Virus record (IMG/VR): IMGVR_UViG_3300022699_000502
Span: 1-64,000 of that record
Source of the DNA: a virus
Lineage: Duplodnaviria > Heunggongvirae > Uroviricota > Caudoviricetes
Length of the DNA: 64,000 bases
Reading direction: 5' to 3' (one strand)
The position numbers and the translations under genes were made by a program. This document shows, in pieces, positions 27,772-36,061 of this stretch (position 1 is the stretch's first letter; each line of letters begins with the position of its first letter). The notes under the pieces are model-generated. The model saw only the letters and a list, made by a program, of their open reading frames with translations. It had not been told where the DNA came from and searched no databases.

Positions 27772-28754
27772 TTCACCTCATACCTCAATATTAGGCCGTG
27801 TTCGAATGTATCCTTGAAGTTTTTCCCATAATCCGTTGATGTATCTATATCTATTATGTTCGTTCCATATTTTTCAGCTAACTCTTTATGTTCGTCGTTC
27901 GTAGTTAGTAGTGTGTCGCCGGCTCCCATCCGTAATACCCTCTGTACGTCCTGCCCGTACGTCGCCATATCTTGTGTTATCTTCTTTTTGAACTCCTCTA
28001 TTTTTTCTTTCTGTTTACCTTTGTGTTTCTCTTCTATTGTTTTATGTGCCTTGTCCGTTAGTTCATTTAGGCCGTTTATGTTAGTGTACTCCACTGTATA
28101 TGTGTCTTGTGCTCCTATGTCGCAGTTTTTTAGGAAGTTTGTGGGGGTTAGGCCGGTCCCTCCCACAAACACGTAGTCGTGTGAGCCTATCAAATGCTTT
28201 GCTTTCTCACATACTTTCTTGTAGTATTGTTTTGCGCGCTCCTCTATGTCTCTTTCGAACCTTTGCGCCGATTGTCCACCCTGGCTATGTTTACTTGGTA
28301 CTAATGAATTTATGTGTTCTAATTCCATCGTACTATTATTAACGTGTTCACCTATGACGGCTTCTTTCCGGTCTAACACTATAAGACCTATCGATATTTT
28401 GTCTTTGTTGAGTACATCTAGTAGGGGTTGTACATAAAATGTGTTATCACAATAATACTTGTTTGGTACCTCACCTTCCACTTCGTATACCTCACATACT
28501 TCTTGTTTATCGACATCTCCTGAGAATACTACCAAAGATGTATCTAAATTGTTTATTCCTTTTAAAACGCGAATAATACGCTTTAGAGCAGCTTTAACGT
28601 TTCCCCTCGTCTCCTTACTCTTGATGTTATCGGATTTTGCGAGCTGTTGTTGTAATTTACTCTTCATCGCATTAATGTTATGGTCTTTATTTATGTATAC
28701 ACTTATCAGTTCCGTGTTGTTACCCCTCATGTCTTTTAGGTCCTCTACATCCAT
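27768..28754 (-). CDS. class-I peptide chain release factor, aRF1/eRF1 family
   Basis: 328 aa; N-term LKDMRGNNTELISVYI (compare eRF1 LEAARGNGTSMISLII); NIKS motif; YYCDNTFYVQPL (eRF1 YxCxxxF YLCDNKFH); GGQ motif HSQGGQSAQRFER. Confidence 0.8.
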   Translation of the reverse strand: MDVEDLKDMRGNNTELISVYINKDHNINAMKSKLQQQLAKSDNIKSKETRGNVKAALKRIIRVLKGINNLDTSLVVFSGDVDKQEVCEVYEVEGEVPNKYYCDNTFYVQPLLDVLNKDKISIGLIVLDRKEAVIGEHVNNSTMELEHINSLVPSKHSQGGQSAQRFERDIEERAKQYYKKVCEKAKHLIGSHDYVFVGGTGLTPTNFLKNCDIGAQDTYTVEYTNINGLNELTDKAHKTIEEKHKGKQKEKIEEFKKKITQDMATYGQDVQRVLRMGAGDTLLTTNDEHKELAEKYGTNIIDIDTSTDYGKNFKDTFEHGLILRYEVK

Positions 28755-28763
28755 AGTGTTTCC

Positions 28764-28988
28764 TCATTCGACATAGTAGTACCCGATCGTATCCTTGTCA
28801 CTTTCTTTGATATCGTTTACAAATTCGTTTAATGTTGCAACATACTCGATGTCTATTCTATATCTGTCCGATATTTTTAGGTCTGCTGCCTCTTTAGACT
28901 CTGCTTTCACAAATATGAGACCTCCGCTATACGGTCTCATTAGTTCATACACATATATATTCATTATTTCACCTTTGTTTTCGTCCAT
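28764..28988 (-). CDS. hypothetical protein (74 aa)
   Basis: coding-strand ORF. Confidence 0.4.
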   Translation of the reverse strand: MDENKGEIMNIYVYELMRPYSGGLIFVKAESKEAADLKISDRYRIDIEYVATLNEFVNDIKESDKDTIGYYYVE

Positions 28989-29185
28989 TCTTTAAATTTG
29001 TCGTAAGGAGGTTGTGTGTTGAACGTCCTACACACCCTACCATGTTCTTTGTTGGTGCGTACCACCCCGAAAAACCAATATTCAATGTGGTTTTTATTAA
29101 ATCCTCTTGTTAGCTCCAGTTTCCTCACACATCCATCATATATGTCTATGGACATATATAGTGGCTGATATTGGAAGGTAATCAT
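28964..29185 (-). CDS. hypothetical protein (73 aa)
   Basis: coding-strand ORF. Confidence 0.35.
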   Translation of the reverse strand: MITFQYQPLYMSIDIYDGCVRKLELTRGFNKNHIEYWFFGVVRTNKEHGRVCRTFNTQPPYDKFKEWTKTKVK

Positions 29186-29442
29186 ATTTTCCGTCTACTC
29201 TTTATTTTCGTTTTGTAACTGTTACAGTTCGGACACCTAATAGGTGTGTCTATTAGGCCGAACAACTTATCGCCCTTCTTGACGGCATACCCACCAATTA
29301 TACCAGTATGCCTTATGTCTGTCCCTTCTTCGTGTTTTTTAGTGAATTTGTGCGTACAATTCTTACATTTATATTTTACTTCAAAAACTTTCATTATCAT
29401 CAACTCCGTTGTTATGATGGTATGAGGGAATTGCACCCCCAC
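29182..29442 (-). CDS. zinc-ribbon protein (86 aa), paralog of 32169..32405
   Basis: KCKNCTHKFTKK ... CPNCNSYKTKIKSRRKI versus KCRNCNHVFTKE ... CPNCGVEKCEIKKRIPV. Confidence 0.45.
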   Translation of the reverse strand: MGVQFPHTIITTELMIMKVFEVKYKCKNCTHKFTKKHEEGTDIRHTGIIGGYAVKKGDKLFGLIDTPIRCPNCNSYKTKIKSRRKI

Positions 29443-29474
29443 AAACGTCTACGTACCACCGAACTTTAAAGGGT

Positions 29475-30422
29475 TTACTGGTCGGCCTCGTCGAGTGCAC
29501 CACTATCTTGTGATGTCGTTGGATCATACGTGTTGTTCGTATCGGTTTGTTCGTTTGGTATGGTTCCGTTTCCTATATCTAATATCAGACTTTGTCCACC
29601 TTCAGTTATGACCCACCTAACGTTACTTTCAGGATCCCTTAGTGCTTGTATATACCTAAGTGCCTTTATGTATTCCATCGTCTCTTGTGTCATATTTTCG
29701 GATTGATATGACAATATTTCTATCGCTTCGGCTTGACCTTCTGCTAACTGAACTGTTGCGTTAGCTTCACTGGCGGCTCTCACTCTAATCTTTTGCGCTC
29801 TTGCTTCTTCCGCATCCAACTCGTATTGTGCTGCCTTAACATCTATTCGAGCAGCTTCACGTTTTTCTGCAGCTGCCAACACGGCATTCGGCATATCAAC
29901 ATTCCTTATACGTACACTTTGTACATATAAATTCTCTATGTTCAATGCTTCTTTAACTGCAATCTGTACATTCTCATTGAATTTGGCTCTATTCTGGTTC
30001 AGTTCTAATCCCGTTAAGTTCATTTTGTTTGCCACCAATGTTATTTGTGATTCCAATTCCATCTTTATCTTTTCCTTGTATTGTGGGTTATTTACCCTTA
30101 AATCACCGACACTCTTCTCATCAATATTGTATTGTATCTGGTATGTGACCGGTACATTATAACCGTCATCCGTTATAACTTGTGTATCAACTTTTATGTA
30201 TTGTGTGTTATACCTGACCATTTCCGTCTCCAAAAATGGATTCTTAAAGTTGAATCCTTCATCGTATTGTGAACCGATTCCGCCGAACCCACTGACTCCT
30301 ACAGCTTTGTGTCCAGCTGGCACTATCACTACACTCATCGACAGTAGTACTATTAGTGCTACTACTATTATTCCTATTCCGACCATCAGGCCTTTTCTAA
30401 ATCCTTCATCTTTGCTTACCAT
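29475..30422 (-). CDS. SPFH/band-7 (stomatin/prohibitin/HflKC-like) membrane protein
   Basis: 315 aa; N-terminal transmembrane segment GLMVGIGIIVVALIVLLSMSVVIV then a band-7 core, then a long coiled-coil with AAEKREAARIDVKAAQYELDAEEARAQ. Confidence 0.7.
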   Translation of the reverse strand: MVSKDEGFRKGLMVGIGIIVVALIVLLSMSVVIVPAGHKAVGVSGFGGIGSQYDEGFNFKNPFLETEMVRYNTQYIKVDTQVITDDGYNVPVTYQIQYNIDEKSVGDLRVNNPQYKEKIKMELESQITLVANKMNLTGLELNQNRAKFNENVQIAVKEALNIENLYVQSVRIRNVDMPNAVLAAAEKREAARIDVKAAQYELDAEEARAQKIRVRAASEANATVQLAEGQAEAIEILSYQSENMTQETMEYIKALRYIQALRDPESNVRWVITEGGQSLILDIGNGTIPNEQTDTNNTYDPTTSQDSGALDEADQ

Positions 30423-30424
30423 AT

Positions 30425-30460
30425 AGGGACTATGGGGATCGAACCCACATCATCCCTCAT
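30425..30460 (-). other. tRNA 3'-half-like minihelix (T-arm plus acceptor-like)
   Basis: minus strand AGGGAT-GAT-GTGGG-TTCGATC-CCCAT-AGTCCCT-A; not a complete tRNA. Confidence 0.3.
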
Positions 30461-30794
30461 TTAGTTTCTTCCATGCTCTTCCGGTTGCTATAACTCTACC
30501 TAATTGTTTGTTGAACTGATCCCCTTTGCTACATACTGCATACCCTTTCGTTATCACTGGTGGTCCATCCAACTCTTCGTCCCAACTCTCTGGTATTATT
30601 TTTACACACGTTACTGCAATCGTATCTTCATACTGTTCATTATTGACTTCAACCATCGTAGGATCATCGTACCTATCATGATATATTTTTCGTTGTAAAT
30701 GTTTTTTATGCAGTTTCCTCTCTAACCTTTCTTCATCATCTTCTAAACACATGTTGAACCTCCACGAGTGGACAGGGAATTGAACCCCTACCAC
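30450..30794 (-). CDS. hypothetical protein (114 aa)
   Basis: coding-strand ORF flanked on both sides by tRNA-like T-arm fragments. Confidence 0.45.
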   Translation of the reverse strand: MVGVQFPVHSWRFNMCLEDDEERLERKLHKKHLQRKIYHDRYDDPTMVEVNNEQYEDTIAVTCVKIIPESWDEELDGPPVITKGYAVCSKGDQFNKQLGRVIATGRAWKKLNEG

Positions 30795-30812
30795 CCACTA
30801 CGAACGTTATTT
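30772..30812 (-). other. second tRNA T-arm-like fragment
   Basis: minus strand GGTAGGGGTTCAATTCCCTGTCCACTCG; imperfect. Confidence 0.25.
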
Positions 30813-31362
30813 ATTGGGTGTTCCGACCAGTTCCTACCGTCACATCCGAGTGGTTCGGTCTCGTTTTAACCGGGTCCTTCATACCCTTCACTTTATATAT
30901 TGTCGATGGCTTCGGATACTCCTTATGGTCTTTCTTTAGTATGACTCCTGACCCTTTCCAAACATGGCTATATTTTTCGGAAGGTAGCCACCTAACAGAC
31001 TTATGTGTACCTTTCAACATCTTCGCAAGTTTACGACCAAATGCATATGAGGCACTGCTAGCATTCTCTCCTTTGAATACGAGGTAGTGCGTCGTAGCTT
31101 TACGTGCCACCATGACAATCTGCACATTCCTATATTCCTCTTCGAGGTGCTTCCATTCAGCTTTATTGACGTCTAACCTTTTCCTATAGTGCTGGTCTAA
31201 ATTAACGAACTGTTTCCAACCATCATATTGTAAGTCTTCGATGCTCTTTTTATCGAGATAATCCTGTCCCTTTACCTGGACGATGGAATATCCCATATTG
31301 TCACCTTTCCTTTTTTCTAAAATCCATTTGTTCATCCATGTTTTTCGCCTCCTCAGTCGCAA
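30811..31362 (-). CDS. basic protein (183 aa), unusual in an otherwise acidic proteome
   Basis: K/R-rich; GYSIVQVKGQDYLDKK N-terminal segment; function not recognised. Confidence 0.45.
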   Translation of the reverse strand: MRLRRRKTWMNKWILEKRKGDNMGYSIVQVKGQDYLDKKSIEDLQYDGWKQFVNLDQHYRKRLDVNKAEWKHLEEEYRNVQIVMVARKATTHYLVFKGENASSASYAFGRKLAKMLKGTHKSVRWLPSEKYSHVWKGSGVILKKDHKEYPKPSTIYKVKGMKDPVKTRPNHSDVTVGTGRNTQ

Positions 31363-31513
31363 CCTGCAACTTTTCTTCTATATTTCGCTCTATCTTTTCC
31401 ATATATTCATCTACCTCCTTATGAAGTTCTTCTTTTAAACATGATAAATGATAAGGTTCCTTTTTATGTATGATTGCATTTTTAACCTTTTTTCCACATC
31501 TACAACAATTCAT
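31301..31513 (-). CDS. hypothetical protein (70 aa)
   Basis: first gene after promoter copy 7; CxxC...C. Confidence 0.4.
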   Translation of the reverse strand: MNCCRCGKKVKNAIIHKKEPYHLSCLKEELHKEVDEYMEKIERNIEEKLQVATEEAKNMDEQMDFRKKER

Positions 31514-31540
31514 ATTTTTCCTCTTATATTATTATAACTA

Positions 31541-31585
31541 CTTCCTATTATATAAATATATTGGGAATGGTGTTTAGGTTATGGG
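31541..31585 (-). promoter_or_regulatory. conserved viral promoter element copy 7
   Basis: cttcctattatataaatatattgggaatggtgtttaggttatggg. Confidence 0.6.
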
Positions 31586-31803
31586 ATGAGTTTGTAATAT
31601 TCACGAATTTTGGATTCTTCAATGTGTTCCTGATTATGTTCTTCAAATCTGGTCACGTTTGTTGTTTCTTTTGCAATCGTCACTTCATCCTGTTCGTTCT
31701 TCACAATCATTATCTTTGTGTTTCCGAGATTTATTGCCATCCAATCGCTTTTCCTTAAGCGTCTCTTTTTTGCTTCGTCCGGCGATATCTTCTCTAGTTT
31801 CAT
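31579..31803 (-). CDS. hypothetical protein (74 aa)
   Basis: coding-strand ORF. Confidence 0.4.
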   Translation of the reverse strand: MKLEKISPDEAKKRRLRKSDWMAINLGNTKIMIVKNEQDEVTIAKETTNVTRFEEHNQEHIEESKIREYYKLIP

Positions 31804-31957
31804 CCTATCACATCTTCATCAAATTCATCCGGGTTGTTCTGTTTATACTCTGCTTTACACTCATCACACAAACTCTTATTACCATATTTCTCTTTTACTG
31901 GTTTAGGTTGACTCGGTATTGTTTTCCCACACTCTTCACATTCTGTTGGTCCTACCA

Positions 31958-32176
31958 TTATTCTTCCTCCGGTTTATATATTTTAACATTGTCGTAGAAT
32001 TTACCCATCAATTCGTATGCTTTTATGATTTCGATGAGGTCCTCCACTGTTAAGTCATACCCCATCCTTTTTAGTGTCCTTCTTAAATGTTCAATTCCAG
32101 TTTCTTCATCGTCAATTATGCCATCCGCTTCCTCCTTAAATATTTCCCATATTTCCTTTTCATCCATATTAATCAC
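31958..32176 (-). CDS. hypothetical acidic protein (72 aa)
   Basis: coding-strand ORF. Confidence 0.4.
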   Translation of the reverse strand: MINMDEKEIWEIFKEEADGIIDDEETGIEHLRRTLKRMGYDLTVEDLIEIIKAYELMGKFYDNVKIYKPEEE

Positions 32177-32405
32177 CTACTGGTATCCTTTTCTTTATCT
32201 CACATTTTTCGACACCACAATTTGGACATTCCACATACCTTCGTCGATATTTCAACACTTCTAATATACCTTCTTTGAGATTCTTTTTTGTGTATGCGGC
32301 ACCATCAATTATCCCTTCACTGTCGACAATTATGTTTTTATCGTACTCTTTTGTGAATACGTGATTACAATTCCTGCACTTAAATCTCACCTTTGTTGTT
32401 TTCAT
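32169..32405 (-). CDS. zinc-ribbon protein (78 aa), paralog of 29182..29442
   Basis: see 29182..29442. Confidence 0.45.
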   Translation of the reverse strand: MKTTKVRFKCRNCNHVFTKEYDKNIIVDSEGIIDGAAYTKKNLKEGILEVLKYRRRYVECPNCGVEKCEIKKRIPVGD

Positions 32406-32620
32406 ACGCTCACCACCACATGTCCATATGTATCCACGTCTATCGTAGCATGTTCAGTTATTATTTGAACACTTCCCGGTAGCATCTCTATTTCACAGAA
32501 ATCCTTTATTTTGAACGATATTGTTGAGTTGTCTGAATATAGACGTATCCTTTGTGCATTCTCTTCGACTTCGATGTTGTTTGGCAGTTCTCTATCCAAC
32601 CTATCTCTTAATTTACCCAT
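32402..32620 (-). CDS. hypothetical protein (72 aa)
   Basis: coding-strand ORF. Confidence 0.35.
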   Translation of the reverse strand: MGKLRDRLDRELPNNIEVEENAQRIRLYSDNSTISFKIKDFCEIEMLPGSVQIITEHATIDVDTYGHVVVSV

Positions 32621-32846
32621 GTTTTATCACCATATAATTCTTATGTATCGTTAATGTCGTGCTAAACGTCTCTATTTTCACCGTGGAATTCTTATGTGTC
32701 ACTTGTAATATTTCATCCATCGGGACTTCATATCCTGCTTTTGGAGTAGTGAACCGAACAACTCCATCTTTAAACGTAGCCTTCACTTTAGTGTTTATGT
32801 CATCCATCCCCATCTTTATTTCGTCCTCAAACATCATAAGTTTCAC
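32613..32846 (-). CDS. hypothetical protein (77 aa)
   Basis: coding-strand ORF. Confidence 0.35.
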   Translation of the reverse strand: MKLMMFEDEIKMGMDDINTKVKATFKDGVVRFTTPKAGYEVPMDEILQVTHKNSTVKIETFSTTLTIHKNYMVIKHG

Positions 32847-33192
32847 CTACCATAAATTTAGTATGGTCTCCCACTAACACATATACCGGGTTATCCGTAA
32901 ACGATACCTTATCGACTTCTACTAAATCACTGTGAACATCCATCTTATCATCGTCTATCATCAGTGCCTTTATGTCGTCGCCTGTAGTTAGCGTACCCTT
33001 CCTAACGAGCACTTCTAGCGTGACACCGATACCAATCTCGTCGCGTTTTCCTCTAACATATATTTTCGTCATATCAACACCGCTCCCGGGTCGGACAACG
33101 AGTCGGAAGGGGAGAGGATTTCTTCCTTGAACCGTGATATTACTTATCCAGGCGAGGTACACATTTTGTGTACATTTGTTTTCCCGCCCCAC
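32827..33192 (-). CDS. hypothetical protein (121 aa; the true start may be Met41 at 33072)
   Basis: the N-terminal 40 codons lie in a GC-rich hairpin-dense region that may be RNA structure rather than coding. Confidence 0.4.
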   Translation of the reverse strand: MGRENKCTQNVYLAWISNITVQGRNPLPFRLVVRPGSGVDMTKIYVRGKRDEIGIGVTLEVLVRKGTLTTGDDIKALMIDDDKMDVHSDLVEVDKVSFTDNPVYVLVGDHTKFMVGETYDV

Positions 33193-33194
33193 GT

Positions 33195-33460
33195 TCTCAC
33201 TGTCCGTCCTATCGGGGGTGTGGGATTTTTAGGTGTCCCACAAACACCATCCTTTGGAGGAAGGATGTCAAGATTGGGCGACACGGTTCTTGACTGACCG
33301 TGGTTTACGATTTATTGTGAAGGGTAGTTTTACGTGATACCCAGCACGTGGATTTTTACGAGTGCTGCTCGGAGGCGAATTGGGTAAAATAACCCAGGTT
33401 TATCGTGATAATAATGAGGGTAGGGACGCTAATCCCTCTACCCTCTTTGGAGGCGATATT
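33195..33460 (-). ncRNA. GC-rich multi-hairpin structured RNA candidate (leader or ncRNA)
   Basis: at least 6 consecutive perfect inverted repeats: GTGTGGGA/TCCCACA, CATCCT/AGGATG, GTCAAGA/TCTTGAC, CAGCAC/GTGCTG, GGGT/ACCC, GAGGGTAGGGA/TCCCTCTACCCTC; sits downstream of promoter copy at 33466-33495. Confidence 0.4.
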
Positions 33461-33465
33461 ATCGT

Positions 33466-33495
33466 GATATAAATAAATAATGGGAAAGGGGTTTA
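33466..33495 (-). promoter_or_regulatory. conserved promoter element, variant copy
   Basis: tgatataaataaataatgggaaaggggttt. Confidence 0.45.
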
Positions 33496-33864
33496 TTCGG
33501 CTAAGTCGTCGAGGTCAACCTCATCCTCACTTTCGTCTGCTTCCTCTGTTCCTTCACTGTCTGTTTCCTCGTCCATCTGGAATTCTTCAGGATTGTCGAA
33601 CCAATCCTTTTTACCGTAGTGTATCAGGTTCTTGCCTTCATCGTTCTCGACTCTTCCCCTAACGAAATCGCCGTTATCACACAAACCTCTTAATTCTGTG
33701 TTTGCATGTGGACCCTTTATGTCCAACGCTTCGGCAACTTCGCCTTGGGTCATTAACGCTTCCTCTTCTTCAAAGAGGGACTTAATCCTATCTTTTACTG
33801 TTTCCTTCGATTGGTTTACTGGCGTTCCTTCTTCTTCCATCTTCTCGATAGATACAGGGCTCAT
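33493..33864 (-). CDS. wHTH-like protein with acidic tail (123 aa)
   Basis: N-term MSPVSIEKMEEEGT is paralogous to 3304..3558; C-terminal D/E tract. Confidence 0.5.
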   Translation of the reverse strand: MSPVSIEKMEEEGTPVNQSKETVKDRIKSLFEEEEALMTQGEVAEALDIKGPHANTELRGLCDNGDFVRGRVENDEGKNLIHYGKKDWFDNPEEFQMDEETDSEGTEEADESEDEVDLDDLAE

Positions 33865-33908
33865 AATATCATTCCTTCTTCTTTTTTTCTATTAACATTA
33901 TATATAAT

Positions 33909-33950
33909 ATGTTCATACTATATAAATATATTGGGAAAGGTGTTGGGGCT
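33909..33950 (-). promoter_or_regulatory. conserved viral promoter element copy
   Basis: atgttcatactatataaatatattgggaaaggtgttggggc. Confidence 0.55.
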
Positions 33951-34108
33951 TATGAATGTATTGTAACTTGAAGTGTTTTCGGTTTTCCTTCGAGCTTATG
34001 TTTTTTGACGTACAGTGTACCAACAACCGGGTCATCGCTGACTTCTTTGTATCTATATGTGCGTTTGGTCGATTTTTCAAATTCAAACTCAACTTCAATT
34101 TTGTCCAT
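33950..34108 (-). CDS. hypothetical mini-protein (52 aa; hand-translated)
   Basis: MDKIEVEFEFEKSTKRTYRYKEVSDDPVVGTLYVKKHKLEGKPKTLQVTIHS; AGGAGG 8 nt upstream; replaces the wrong-frame track ORF 33913..34098. Confidence 0.35.
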   Translation of the reverse strand: MDKIEVEFEFEKSTKRTYRYKEVSDDPVVGTLYVKKHKLEGKPKTLQVTIHS

Positions 34109-34159
34109 TTTTTTCCTCCTTTGCCATATTATATTATATTATATCATTATTACATTAGA

Positions 34160-34190
34160 TATATATAAAGGTTTTGGGAATGGATTGGTC
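34160..34190 (-). promoter_or_regulatory. conserved viral promoter element copy
   Basis: atatatataaaggttttgggaatggattggt. Confidence 0.55.
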
Positions 34191-34563
34191 ACTTCTTGTT
34201 TTGTCGTCTCATGACGAATGCCCTCGCATTCATGCTATCTGTGATCGCTTCCCACACATACATCGGTGCTGCATTATAAAAGTAACGCACGATGTATGGG
34301 AGTGCTCGTTGTATCGTATCGTCTGCTCTAGTAACACACCCAACCATGTCGTTCGCCAAGAAATTCTCGACGAAATGCCCGCCTTGACGTTCGTACATCA
34401 TACACTTATATATGTTGTGTATTATGCCGGCTACGTGGCTCACTTCCTTGTCAGTCCATTCATCTCGTTCCATGCGAGCCTCCTCACGAAGATACGCCAC
34501 GATATCTTCACGGCTCAAATCACGTTCTAACCAATTTTCCATACATATACTCTTCTTTTTCAT
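34189..34563 (-). CDS. hypothetical protein (124 aa)
   Basis: coding-strand ORF. Confidence 0.45.
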   Translation of the reverse strand: MKKKSICMENWLERDLSREDIVAYLREEARMERDEWTDKEVSHVAGIIHNIYKCMMYERQGGHFVENFLANDMVGCVTRADDTIQRALPYIVRYFYNAAPMYVWEAITDSMNARAFVMRRQNKK

Positions 34564-34588
34564 CTTATCAACTCATTATCATCTTTAC

Positions 34589-34621
34589 CCTATATAAAGG
34601 TTTTGGGAATGGATTTAGGGG
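34589..34621 (-). promoter_or_regulatory. conserved viral promoter element copy
   Basis: cctatataaaggttttgggaatggatttagggg. Confidence 0.55.
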
Positions 34622-35001
34622 GTTGGTCTGCTGTCGTCATCGTCGAATTCATATCCGGATTCTTCAAGGATTTCTTCGACAGATACCGTATCGACTTCTC
34701 CCATCGATGCTACACTAATGTTGTGTGCGTGTCTGTCTGTTCCTACTGCTTTGAACCGTGTCACAGCACATATTGGGCATCTCTGATATAATTTTCCATG
34801 TGATTCCCCGACCTTCATATCGTCTTCCTTCACTACGTGTCCGTTCTCGCATTCCCATACAACCGGCATCTCTAACCATCCGGCGAAATTCTTGCGTGCT
34901 AAATACGAACGCTTCATCGGCGTTTCATCATGTTCAATGATTACGATGTCACCTAATTCACATTCATGTACCTCATTTACCTCATCGCTCAAATCCATCA
35001 T
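34615..35001 (-). CDS. hypothetical protein with zinc-ribbon motif (128 aa)
   Basis: WECENGH ... CPICAV. Confidence 0.45.
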   Translation of the reverse strand: MMDLSDEVNEVHECELGDIVIIEHDETPMKRSYLARKNFAGWLEMPVVWECENGHVVKEDDMKVGESHGKLYQRCPICAVTRFKAVGTDRHAHNISVASMGEVDTVSVEEILEESGYEFDDDDSRPTP

Positions 35002-35234
35002 AGCAACTCCTTCAAATCGGTCGGGTCCATATCATATTTGCCTACCAACCAATTCGCTTCCTTGATTTTCTCCTTCGCATCCTCTATGTCTTCTGCATCA
35101 AATATTACGAATGGTATTCCTACATATCCCATACCGCTTGGTTCTTCCGGTTCACTGAATAAATGTCCGTTGTAGTCAAAGTACCTCCGACAATTACCAA
35201 AGTCATGGCTCCCTATGTGTGTCTGAAACTTCAT
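34998..35234 (-). CDS. hypothetical protein (78 aa)
   Basis: coding-strand ORF. Confidence 0.4.
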   Translation of the reverse strand: MKFQTHIGSHDFGNCRRYFDYNGHLFSEPEEPSGMGYVGIPFVIFDAEDIEDAKEKIKEANWLVGKYDMDPTDLKELL

Positions 35235-35437
35235 AGGGATTCCTCCATTAGCATTATGTCCTTCACTTCAGTTAAGTGCGGTGGTAACCCGTACAACTGA
35301 TGTGCTGATTGTTTTACGGCTTCACAGTCGTTGTATGTCACTTCTCGTACGAGCTCTGCGAACGATTGGTTATCATCCGTGTCGTCTTCAGTATACGTCA
35401 CCGTGTGGTCTCCTAAATCGAATTTAACCTTCAACAT
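35231..35437 (-). CDS. hypothetical protein (68 aa)
   Basis: coding-strand ORF. Confidence 0.35.
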   Translation of the reverse strand: MLKVKFDLGDHTVTYTEDDTDDNQSFAELVREVTYNDCEAVKQSAHQLYGLPPHLTEVKDIMLMEESL

Positions 35438-35702
35438 CGTCTAACACCTCATCTATGTTATTTAGGTTTTGTTCCGCTCTACCCTTTATCATTTCCCACG
35501 CTCGGATGGTTTCGTGACCCATCCTTATCGCTCGTTCATTGTCCGATTGTTCAATTCTTTCTTGTGTTCCTTTAATTTCGTCCTGTGCATCTTCAACTGC
35601 TTGTTTCACATATTTGCGTGCCTGTTTCAGTACACGTTTGGATACCTTAACATTTTTCTTCATTGTTAACACCTCATACATACGTGATTCATGTCTTGCC
35701 AC
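35424..35702 (-). CDS. hypothetical helical protein (92 aa)
   Basis: coding-strand ORF. Confidence 0.4.
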   Translation of the reverse strand: MARHESRMYEVLTMKKNVKVSKRVLKQARKYVKQAVEDAQDEIKGTQERIEQSDNERAIRMGHETIRAWEMIKGRAEQNLNNIDEVLDDVEG

Positions 35703-36061
35703 GTCATAAAACGTGTTAACAATTCGTCTCGTATAATGTCGTAGAAATTGATTTCATCTAGCCGTGATATCGATTCTATTTTCAAAACTAATTCGTTGTT
35801 TTCATTGCCATACTGATGATGCATGTCATGCCTTATTATCTTCATGGTCGTACTATTGAATACATCTTCGATGAATGTTTCGATTGATTCTTTTGTAACC
35901 GTACCTTCGAACAAAATCTTTATCATATGCTTATATTCCCTTGAACCGTCTTTCTTCTCGAACCTGAATACATTTTCATCGGAAATTGCATCACTTATTG
36001 TTTGCTCAACACTGTCGGCTTCGTCTCTTTCTACTTCTACACTGAATGATGTATACTTCAT
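35666..36061 (-). CDS. hypothetical protein (131 aa)
   Basis: coding-strand ORF. Confidence 0.45.
   Translation of the reverse strand: MKYTSFSVEVERDEADSVEQTISDAISDENVFRFEKKDGSREYKHMIKILFEGTVTKESIETFIEDVFNSTTMKIIRHDMHHQYGNENNELVLKIESISRLDEINFYDIIRDELLTRFMTWQDMNHVCMRC

Noticed and set aside
30811-31362. Integrase next to the tRNA-like fragment (attP-like arrangement)
   Set aside because: The protein is only 183 aa and lacks the R..HxxR..Y tyrosine-recombinase or serine-recombinase motifs.
33040-33075. Palindrome GTACACATTTTGTGTAC followed by a T-run as a plus-strand terminator
   Set aside because: There is no plus-strand gene upstream. It is more likely part of the structured minus-strand leader.
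33913-34098. 61-aa K-rich minus ORF from the track
   Set aside because: It is in the wrong frame. The alternative frame gives an acidic 52-aa protein with an AGGAGG ribosome-binding site, consistent with neighbouring genes.
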